Origin: Selaginella moellendorffii
Lineage: Eukaryota > Plantae > Lycopodiophyta
Reading direction: 5' to 3'
DNA length: 64,000 bases
NCBI RefSeq assembly: GCF_000143415.4
Contig: NW_003314302.1
Span: 472,707 to 536,706 of the forward strand
The number at the start of each line of letters is the position of its first letter. The stretch's first letter is position 1. This document shows, in pieces, positions 48,165 to 58,441 of the stretch. The notes under the pieces were generated by a model. It made no database searches, was not told the origin of the DNA, and saw only the letters and a program-made list of their open reading frames with translations. The position numbers were made by a program, and so were the translations under genes.

Positions 48165-48905
48165 CCGCCCAGCGCCGCCGTGCCCAGCGCCCCCACGCCC
48201 ACGCCACGCCTAGTGCCGCCACGCCCAGCACTACCGCGCCCACACCACGCCACGCTCAGCACCTCTACTGCCCAGGGCTGCCGAGCACCGCCCATTGCCA
48301 TGCCACACCCAGCACAGCACTGCCTAGGTCCGCCACTGCCCAGCACCGCCGCTGCCATGCCACCGCTGCCGTGCCGCCGCTGCTAACATCGCCCACGCCA
48401 CACCATGCCACACCAGTGCCGTGCCGCCTAGGGCCACTGCTGCCCAGCACCGCCGCTGCCAAGTGCCCAAGCCGGGCATTTGGCTGGGCACTCCGCCTGG
48501 GCCGGCCATGGCAGGCCGGTACGCCGGCAAACCAGTGCCAGAGCAAACTGCCCGCGCCAAGTCTGTGCAGGCCGGCCAAGGCGCTTGGCTGGCAAAGGCG
48601 CCAAGTGCTTGTGCCAAATGCCCACGCTGGGCATTTGGCACGAGCCAGCCAAGTCCAAGTGCCAAGGCCAACTGCCCGCACACCGGCCTTGGCACTTGGA
48701 GGCGGACCGGCGCCCGCACCAAGCGCCAAGGCCAACCGCCTGCGAGCTTGCCTTGGCACTTGGAGGTGGGCCGGTTCGCCAGCGAACCGGCCCGCCTCCA
48801 AGCGCCAAGGCAAGGTTCTCGAGCGGTTGGCCTTGGTGCGGGCCGGCCAAGGTGCTTGGGGGCGGCCCGGTTCGCTGGCGAACCGATGCCTGCACCAAGC
48901 CCACA
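48165..48905. repeat. GC-rich island with CCAAG/CTTGG motif array and nested hairpins
   Basis: 33-bp stem at 48747-48814 with 2 mismatches, a second hairpin at ~48685-48733, and more than a dozen CCAAG/CTTGG motifs in both orientations. Confidence 0.9.
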
Positions 48906-48959
48906 CCCTGTTCCCCTCTTCTTATGCATTTATAATTTATAATGAGTTTTTTTATTTTC

Positions 48960-51900
48960 AGAAACGGAAGCAACTACAAAAGGAGAGGGATGTTGGATCA
49001 AAGAGAAAACATGAGGAAGATGAGATCCAGGACGACAATCAAGTTGACATTCAAATAGAGATTTCCACAGCGACAACTCTACCGTCTTCCCAACCAGATA
49101 ACTCCAGTCCACATGCACCCCCACCACCGCCATCGATGCCACCACCACCATTACCACCGCCACCACCTCCACTACCATTACCACCACCGCCACCTTACCT
49201 TCATCACTACCATTACCACCACTGTCATCACCACCATTACCACCACTGTCATCACCACCATTACCACCACCACCGCCACCATCATCACCACCACCAGTGC
49301 AACTATTGTCATCACTACCATTGTTGCCACAACCACAAATGCCACTACTCTTAACATATTCACAAAATATGGCAGAAACGGAGCAGTGCCCAAGTGCGCT
49401 TGATGGTGGTGTTGGGCTCGAGTTGGGGGCTAGATCTAATAATAGTGCTACTGGAGGTGTAGCTGAAGCTGAAAGAGAGCTACCTAAACACATTGTCGAC
49501 AAGCGCTTCCAAGAGACAGTTTTGAGAAATAAAGAGAAGGCCATTCACACAACTCTGGAGTCTCTCAAGTGGGAAGGCCCGGGGCACATAATCCGAGAAA
49601 TCCCATTATGTCGATTCACTCAGACAAGCATCGTTCGGTCTGCTTCACCGCACTTTGTCAACATGGACATCTATAGTCTGTACAAACAGAATGGCCTTGG
49701 GACAAACATAGGTATGTTCCTTTTTTTGGTCTTCAAGTCAGGAATGACAAATACCCTCTCGGTGTCACTGGAAATCGAGAGGGATTGGGATGACATTTGG
49801 AAAATGAAGTCCCGCAAATTTGACATCAAGCTTATGAGCCATCCTGAGACTCAACAATTTGTGGGGAAAATGTTCTACATTATCGACGGGAATCATCGCT
49901 GGTGCGCGTGGATGAAGTGCATCCGAGAATGCTTCCGAGACGATCCTGTCTATCACATCAATGTTCCGGTTGGACATGTACACATGAGAGGATCTCTAGA
50001 TGTGGCAAGGCTTGTGATAGCTTGCCACAAAATTAATGCATAAGTACTTCTCCCTCTTCAATCACTTTTAACAATTTGTGTTTTGCAGGCTAGGACAGTT
50101 TGTAGTGCAGAAACAAAGCCTAGTACATGATATCGAGCAAATCCGGTTTCTTGCCAATCTCGACGAGGATGCAGTCCGCAGCCACTATGGTGATGATTTA
50201 GCATCACTTATTTGGCATCAACAAGGTCGTTAGGATGCCAATAGATGGTACAAGAATCTAGTGGCTTTTATGACAGTTGTGTGGAGTAAGGTATATTCTT
50301 TCAAGTATATTTCTTATCATAGAATGTTTGTGTTGTCTTCAGCCATTGGTGAAGGTTAAGCAAGATGCATATGCACAGTTGCATCGAGCTGAAAATGATC
50401 AAGAACTCTCAGAGCATTTAGCTGCAATTGACATGAAAATCAACAACACAAAGAAGACAAAGGTAAAGAAATTACTTAGTGTGGCTGACCCTCGACGCCC
50501 AAAGGAGTGGTTCGATATTATAACAGAGATTGCTTGTCATGAAAGTAAGTATTGTTTATGTTTACATGAAGGTTCTCACAAAAGTTATTTTTTAGTGGGC
50601 AAGACTCCAGATGAGATTATTTACAACATCTCAAAGTCAAAGTTTACATATGAGGAATAGATACACATTCTGAACGACCTCAATAGTAGACTTAGAGAAG
50701 GAGAAAAAGGTTTGGACAGTATGATGGAGACTGTGATGAGGAGGACCGTCTACATTTCACAAATTGTATATGAAGGGGAGATGTTTCTAGCACCTTTCAT
50801 AGGGGATGATCCTAAGCAACTTCCATTTAAGGACTTCGTCACCATTGAGCTTACAAAACTCGGAGAGGACTGGCTGCCAAAGAAGGCCACAAGCACGACT
50901 CCATTTGATAAACAACTTGGCCAACCTTACTTCATGCGTCGAGCGGCTTTCAGTTAACATACAATTTCTCAACTATACTCAATTGTTTATATTCTATTAT
51001 AGGTATCTCCAATATAGAGGCGTTCCTCTTGAAACACCGGTATGCACACGCCTCCTGAGGCATGGTATGAGAGATGGAGGCATGTACCCGACAACAATGA
51101 AGTTTCCAGCAGCAATAAAGCGTGTTTGTCCTTGGGAATTGGAGATGCCAGATTATGAACCAACCCACCATGAGGCTGCAAGAGGCAACAATGATGACGA
51201 AGATGATGGCCATGAGAATGTCGACCCTGTTGGTGCCAATGGCGAGCAGAGTGAAGATGGCGGTGAGAACGAGATTCTTCGAGACGAAGTCGAGCAAGAG
51301 AACCAGAACGTCCAAGAAGTTCTACCTTGACGAAAGCGTGTAAATCCACGTCTGGAGGAATTAGTTAACAGTGACGATGATCGTCCAAGACGTCCCCGTA
51401 ATCGGGGAACTTCTCGAGGTATATTTCTTTTAATTCTCTCCTTTTCTTAGTTCCTCAAAATGGTTGCAGCAAAAACTGTCAGGAGTAACTTCATTCCAGC
51501 TCGTCTTGATGCTCGAGAAGAGGACTTGGAGGAACTTACATCTACCACACGCCACATGACAGTATGTAAATTTTTCTTAAGTTCACATCTTATCTTTGTC
51601 TTCTCCCCCTGAGATTTGCCCTGTATCTCCAATGGCATTCCGTGGTGAAGTTGGGATCTTTATTGGCTCCTATAGNNNNNNNNNNNNNNNNNNNNNNNNN
51701 NNNNNNNNNNNNNNNNNNNNNNNNNNNNNNNNNNNNNNNNNNNNNNNNNNNNNNNNNNNNNNNNNNNNNNNNNNNNNNNNNNNNNNNNNNNNNNNNNNNN
51801 NNNNNNNNNNNNNNNNNNNNNNNNNNNNNNNNNNNNNNNNNNNNNNNNNNNNNNNNNNNNNNNNNNNNNNNNNNNNNNNNNNNNNNNNNNNNNNCCTTCA

Positions 51901-52160
51901 CACAACCAGTCAAGTTGCCTTCATTCTCCCGAATGACCCCCATTGGATGTCCTGCCTTATGAGGTATGCAAGTTGAGTCAACTTCAAGAGATTCTCTTCC
52001 GGATGCATCATGGATAGTGTTGGGGTCGAGACCAAAGGTGTCCTAGGCATGCCAGAGAAGGTAAGAAATCATTTTCTGTTTTGGTTGTCTCTAAAGTTTT
52101 ATTATTCAGGTTATGATGTGGACCTACCATATGTTCTGCAGAAAAGAAAATGACAGTTTT
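48960..52160 (+). pseudogene. Spliced pseudogene with Pro-rich N-terminus and ParB/sulfiredoxin-like N domain
   Basis: FYIIDGNHRWCAW at ~49873-49911. Frameshift in the (CCA)n Pro tract, internal stops, a probably mutated splice donor at ~50040, and several short introns. Interrupted by an assembly gap and cut off by repeat copy 2. Confidence 0.65.
51676..51894. other. Assembly gap (N run)
   Basis: 219 consecutive N. Confidence 1.
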
Positions 52161-52179
52161 CGTGATAGCGAGCGTGATG

Positions 52180-54383
52180 CTAAAGTAGAACTATATTGTA
52201 TTATTTAATAGCTTGCCAAATTACTTGTTTTGTATCAAAGTTAAAAATGATAACATTTCCATCCCCTCTCACCACTAAACTTGCTGTGATAATACAATTT
52301 GGTTGTGGATTGCAATATTTATTAGATGACCATAAAACATAATTTTGATAGTCTTTAATCACAAAATTCCCATCTTGTTGTAAATGAGCCAAGCATCCAT
52401 CAATGGGCCTATAAGGGTGCTCACTTAAATATAAAATTGTTCCACTGCTCCTCTCAATTAGCACTAACTTACAATCACTATGTAGCATTAGCTTATAAAG
52501 CCCATTCCCTGATTTTAAGCTATTTCCTGCTAGAATAAATGATCCTGGAACTTCATTTTGATTCCCTACAAGTGATGATTCAAAGCTCCAACAATCACTT
52601 CCATCAAAATCCATAAGAACAAAAACATTAGCTGTGTTTCTTAGTGCTTTAGTGGCCATACTAAAGTTACTATTTGAAATATTTTGTGTTTGATGAACAC
52701 CAAAGTCTACTCGATAGTGTATGGCAAAATTTGAAAATTCTGTGCGTATTTCAGCACAAAACCTTCGCCTTCCTTCAATATAAGTTGAGGCATCTAAAAA
52801 TATTTGATTTCTAATAGCTCTGAATGTGGCTCGCACCAAATGGGAGGGAAAATTGATTGCTACAAAGGGATCTGCAACACAAAACATAGCCACCACAACA
52901 GGGGCATTGATATAAAAAGTGATCCTTAAAGTCATTTCACCAATATGAAACTCCACTGATGTGCTTCCTACTGGAAAGAGGTTATAAGGATTATCTCTAG
53001 TAGTATCAGCATAGTGAGTTGTAATGAAATTGGACATGAGTCGAATGACATCTTGGAATTGCTGTGGTGACAATGCATTAGAAGCCAGCTGAAAAATTGT
53101 TCTGGGATTGGAATATTGGGGTGGTGGTGGAGTCAAAAAATAAGCCAACTTTGGCAAAAGATAAACAATTAAAACAATAAAAAATCTAGTCATAATCTAG
53201 AAATTATAATTATGATTTTCTATTCTTTATCTCTATTTCTGATTTTTAGTAAAATAAACTACCTAAAATAATAAAATAATAATTATAGATAAAATTTTAT
53301 AATATAAAAAATAAAAAATATTAAGGCTATAAACATTCAAATTTTATCAATACTCTGGAATCAATACTAGCTATTGATCACATCACAAGATTTAATCCAA
53401 ACCATAAAAATATAATATTTTGAACACTCCCACTTATAAGAGACTTGAAAATCAAAATATTCATGTAGTGAGTGACAAATTGAGCAAGTTAAAAATTCAA
53501 AAGACTAGTTTAGAAACCACCAAAAATGTGCCGCCCAAGGTCTGAAAAACAAAACTATAGTATGAGGTTTGGAGGTATGTAATAAAGTGGTCAATGCCAA
53601 GAGCTCATTGTTAAGAGAAGAGGAGACAACAAACTATTAAAATATTAAACAATGGAGAAGAAAAGATAAATCTGTATTAAACACTCTAAGTACAAATTTC
53701 TTAAAACCCTATTTTTATAGGGGCTTTAGAAATTAATCTCAACTAATCCACAAACTTAATCTAAATATAAGTTCATACTGCCCATCCATGTGTACAGCAA
53801 GTTTTGAGTTCAAATTCTATATGAGTAGAGGTTTAGGGTTCACAGGTTTTGAGTTCAAATCCCATCTGAGTAGAGGTTTAGGGTTCAGTTCTTGTAATGA
53901 TTAGTAGTAATTAATATACTCCTTAGAGATGGCAAATATATAATATCATCCCCCCCTCCCTTTGATGGTACCTTCACAAAAAGTATGTTTTTTTAATAAT
54001 TATATAAAGTACAATAAGTATATATTATCGATAGAAAATAAACATCAATAGTTTTGGCAAATCTAGTTAGCTCCAAAAGTTGTTTGCAATTCAACAATAA
54101 TAAAGTATGTTTAATGTATATAAATATCCACTTTAAAATCTTGGTGTAAAGTGTTAATAAAGATGTACATATACTTATAAGGAGCATACACCTTCCATAT
54201 TCTTTGTGTTACTAAAGTCAAGAAGGAAAGCCTTGAGTAATAATTATGAACTTTCCATCATCTATTTTGACTATATACTTCTTTACAAATGTAATGATGT
54301 ATTTTGTGAAGAGAATCTCACACTCAAGCATTTGGGTTATACTTATTTTACTTTACTTCTGCTTGAAGATGGTACTAATAAAT
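52180..54383. repeat. 2.2-kb direct repeat, copy 2
   Basis: Offset 9714 bp from copy 1 (9712 bp after the indels). Confidence 0.95.
52201..53193 (-). CDS. RIP-like/GNA-lectin secreted protein, copy 2 (identical protein)
   Basis: Translation is identical to 42487-43479. Confidence 0.85.
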   Translation of the reverse strand: MTRFFIVLIVYLLPKLAYFLTPPPPQYSNPRTIFQLASNALSPQQFQDVIRLMSNFITTHYADTTRDNPYNLFPVGSTSVEFHIGEMTLRITFYINAPVVVAMFCVADPFVAINFPSHLVRATFRAIRNQIFLDASTYIEGRRRFCAEIRTEFSNFAIHYRVDFGVHQTQNISNSNFSMATKALRNTANVFVLMDFDGSDCWSFESSLVGNQNEVPGSFILAGNSLKSGNGLYKLMLHSDCKLVLIERSSGTILYLSEHPYRPIDGCLAHLQQDGNFVIKDYQNYVLWSSNKYCNPQPNCIITASLVVRGDGNVIIFNFDTKQVIWQAIK

Positions 54384-54829
54384 AACTCTTTCTTGATTTT
54401 CTTATACATCCATTTATGCACACCTTCCACACCAATTCTTGGGCAGTTGTGACAGTGTTCTAGAAAAGTTTCTAGACCCATACAGCCTTCCGTTTTATCT
54501 AAATAAAAGTAGCAGATGGGACACTGGAGATAATATGTGTTCATTCTTTCAAAAGTTTCAACCATATCGGGAGCAAGATCTTGAAGAAACATCTGGCATC
54601 GCTCTTGAAGCACATGAGGCAATCCATCTTTAGTAGCAACATCTAGAACATTATCTGGAAGAGGGATTTCTTGTTCAGTCACACTTGGGGCTACAAAAGA
54701 AAAAGCCTCACAATGATTGATGTATGGAGGGAAGGGTGGAATGTTGGTAGAATTTGGAGACGGAGGTGGAGACTCATATGAAATGCATGGGGGCCAAGTG
54801 CAAGTAGCAATAACATTTTCCCTAGCCAT
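54353..54829 (-). CDS. Orphan small protein with CxxC...HCxxC motif, C-terminus replaced by repeat copy 2
   Basis: YESPPPSP...YYLQCPICYFYLDK...LEHCHNCPRIG...WMYKKIKKEL. TATA-like TATAAATA upstream at ~54882-54889. Confidence 0.6.
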   Translation of the reverse strand: MARENVIATCTWPPCISYESPPPSPNSTNIPPFPPYINHCEAFSFVAPSVTEQEIPLPDNVLDVATKDGLPHVLQERCQMFLQDLAPDMVETFERMNTYYLQCPICYFYLDKTEGCMGLETFLEHCHNCPRIGVEGVHKWMYKKIKKELFISTIFKQK

Positions 54830-55087
54830 TCCTACACTCTAAACAAATTGAAATTTCAATGTTGAAAGCATCCCTTGTTGGTATTTATACTAAGAAAAGA
54901 TCTAGGGGTTCTTGAAAGTTTAAATTGTCAGTCTCAAAAATGGGACTTCAGAATTATAACATTGTCAAAACCACTTGTATATATAATAATATCTTTATAC
55001 ATGCTAGAATAATATCATTCTCGAAAATATAAGATTCTCCACTTTACTCATAAAGAATTAACCTTTTGAAAAAACTATGCATGACTT

Positions 55088-55642
55088 TCACATTACATTA
55101 AAGGGTGGCTTAAATATCCTATATTCAGCACTTATTGATGCAGTGTTCACCAATGGAATATTGTTCTCCACCATGAAATCATAATAGCTGTGTGTTTTTA
55201 ATTCTTTCTTGATTTTCTTATACATCCACACGTGCACACCTTCCAAACCTGCTCTTGGGCATTTGCAACAATGCTCAATAAAATGTACCAAACCTATGCA
55301 ACCATCTATCTTGTTTAAATAAAAGTTGCATATAGGACACTGAAGATAATATGTATTTACATTAAGCTCCCCTGCCATATCTGGAGCAAAATCTTGAAGA
55401 AAATATTGACATTGCTCTTAAAGCATTGGAGGCAATCCAACTTTTTTAACAATATCATAAGGAAGGAGTTCTTATTCAGTTGCACTCGAGGTCGCAAATG
55501 GAAGAGCCTCACAACAGCCCTCAAAATGAAAAGGAGGATTGTTGCGTAGAGGTGAAGGTGGATTATTGGTTGAGATTGGAGATGGAGGTGGAGACTCATA
55601 TAAGAGGCCTTCAGGACCAAAAGTAAATTTCTTCCTAACCAT
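55088..55642 (-). pseudogene. Frameshifted tandem paralogue of the 54353-54829 ORF
   Basis: Shares YESPPPSP, CEA.PF, LQCPIC.FYL and EHC..CPR.G.EGVH.WMYKKIKKEL, split over several frames. Confidence 0.7.
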
Positions 55643-56939
55643 TGCAACACACAAGAAGAATTAAACTTCCTAGCAATAAGAATTCTCTCATTAATATACT
55701 ATATTTCAATCTCGGGAATGATGTTTTATTATGACATGACACTATATTGAATGATAATTGTCAGTCTTAGTAATTACAACCTACTATGAAAGACAAGTAG
55801 CTATAGGGTTTCAAAAGCTAAAAACTAGCATATAATTAATATGTAACCTTATTTTATATAGTTGGCCTGTCATATATAATAATAGCGAATATACACAGGT
55901 ACGCAAGTATGCCTTTTTGCAAGATTACCTTTCAATCCCAAAATCATATATAGATTTAATTCTTTGATTTGTCCACATCATATATCTTTACAAAGACAAA
56001 ACATATCAAAAGGAATAAGATATATATAAAAAACTTATATTTTTTTATAATATTTTAGTAGATTACAAAAGCCATTGAAAGGTTTATAGAGTGGATTTAT
56101 TAGTGCTTTCCGCTGTGCTGTCCATTTCTTCTTTTCTCTTGCTCTGGATTGTTGTTTCGGAAGTAACATAAGCATTTTTATCAGTAGTGATAATGGTCTC
56201 CACATTCCCGAATGGGTAATAAGGACTAGGCGTGTAATATGAAGATTGTGGTAGTGAAACAAAATTAACATTCTCACATTTCTGTATGCTAGAACTACTT
56301 ATAGATTTTTTGTCTTCCTTGCTTCCCATCTCTGTAAACCCTAAAGAATGAACGAGTGAATTAGTGTTTTGAATTATTTATATATTTCTGGTCAATTGTT
56401 GAAATGTTAAAATGTTGAAATATACAATAGAAATTTTAGATTCATTTGAACTTCAATATTCCCATTTTATTTGGGACCAATAAAGCCCAAAAATTTCTAT
56501 GGGTTCAGACGAACTTCTAATTCTAGAAATTGTATAAACTGCATTAGAAAGATTCAAAAAATAGAAATCTCTCTGAACCATTGATACTTAAATTCATAAA
56601 TTTTAAGTTCACCAAAGAATAACATTTTTCTGACTTAATATTTCCTTATAAGTCTTATGGTTGACTATGTTGACTAGCATTGACTTGAGCTAAATTGAGC
56701 TCAACTCGTGAGCTCAACTCAACTTTGGACCATCCCCAGTTCAAGGATGGAGTCAACTTCCCCTCTCGAGATTCACATATTTTAGATTTTATCCTAAATA
56801 TAATGTAAGAAAAAAAATTTATTGTAATGTATGAAATACAACAGACATATCTCCTTAGGCTAGTAGCAAGTTATATGCCTTATAGTAAGTCCGGCAACTA
56901 ACTTTGTTAGGATATTTTTCTAAACATACTTTGAAGTTA

Positions 56940-57287
56940 CAGATGAATTTTTCGTAGTTTTTTTTTGTATAACATCTTTAAAATAGTTGAGAGAACTCTT
57001 TTGTATCATTTTCTACATTAGATGCACATGTGTGCCAACATGCACTAGAGCTCTTCTAACCACTCCATCCCCAGAAGAAAGTAGTACATTTTAGCCTTGT
57101 AAATAACATGACACAAAAGAGCATTCTTGCACAACCAACACTTGAATATAATAGCAATGGTGTTATGGGTAGGAGGATTGATTGCAGACCCTTTGAAAAA
57201 TATGGAATTTTTATAGTGATCTTAATTACACACTTTATCCACGCAATCTAAATGCCTGCCATAATGAACTATAGACACTATGCCTTT
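56940..57287 (-). mobile_element. Second, more diverged fragment of the GCM-finger MULE transposase, cut by an LTR insertion
   Basis: Aligns by eye to ~46370-46720 (e.g. tccatccc..gaagaaa.tagtacat, cattcttgca.aacc.acacttgaat). Similarity ends at the TG start at 57288. Confidence 0.75.
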
Positions 57288-58441
57288 TGTTACGGATGTG
57301 ATTATAGGTATCGAAAGTTATCTGTTAATTAGTCCTTTCGAATATTCTTTCTTTATTGCCATGACGGCAAGAGGTTGGTATTGCTGGACCCTTTATTAGT
57401 CCCCTCTTGTTCAAGTGTTAATAAACTTGACTTAGTATCTGTACTTAACTGAATGAGCATAAGAAAGGAATTTTTAAATGTCTATTTAGCAAAGTATATT
57501 TAGCCTAGTTCGTTAGTTCTTTTTTGCTTTATCCTGCACTGGCTTGACAAGAACCCCTACAATATTGAGTTTGATCCCTCAATAATCACTATGTGATAGC
57601 TTACTGTGTCTGCCATGAAACCCTCACTTTCATGCCCCATGTGTTAGTTTCATTTGGTCCTATTGCCTATTTATAGAAAATATCTAGATTTAAAGCCCAA
57701 AGCATGCATTCCTCAAAAGGGGGAAGGGGGAGGGGGGTTGTGGGGGATTCCAAATGTATAGTAAAAATAGGTGATTAAATCAAGCATGGCTGACCAACCT
57801 GAGGAATAGTCTATTTTCCTATCACAAATGTGACTTTAGGTATTGAAAAATACTTGTTAGCAAATCCTTACAAACTTACTACCATAACAACAGGAAGTTG
57901 GTACAGTTGGTTCCTTTTATAGTTCTCACTTAAGCTAGTTGATAAATTGGTTAATGCATGTGTACTTAAATCGAATAAATATAAGATAGGAACTCCTATG
58001 TGTTTCTTGCTAAGCATATTCTGCCTAGTTTGAGAAACTCATGTTATTAGCTTGCACTTACTAATATAAAAAACCCCCATAATATTGAGTCTAGTCCCTT
58101 AATATCATTATATGGTAGCTTACTGTGTCTGCCAAACACCCTTGTTATTATGCCCTACGTGTTGGTTCTATTCCAGATCCATATGCTATTTATTGTAAAT
58201 GTTTAAATTCACTTAAGAGGTATATCTACGGAATGTAGAGAGTGTCTTGAACCCTATAGTGTTGTTCCTGCTTCCTGATTCACAATCTAATGTTGTTCTA
58301 TATTTAGTAAGTTTCACGCTTGTCCCAAAAACTAACTTCTGGTACTAAAGGTGAAAACCCAAAGCATGCGTTCCTCAAAGAGGGGTGGTGAGGAGGGGGG
58401 GAGGGTTCAAATGTATAGAAAGGATAGTAGTTGGGATGTAT

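Noticed and set aside
48077-49544. Several long overlapping ORFs (150-330 aa) in the GC island and His/Thr/Val-rich ORFs in the CCA tract
   Set aside because: Explained by GC-rich, low-complexity sequence lacking stops. Only the Pro-rich frame links to downstream coding sequence.
42466-54383. 2.2-kb direct repeats read as the LTRs of a retrotransposon
   Set aside because: No TG...CA ends, PBS, PPT or TSD, and the enclosed DNA encodes no gag/pol.
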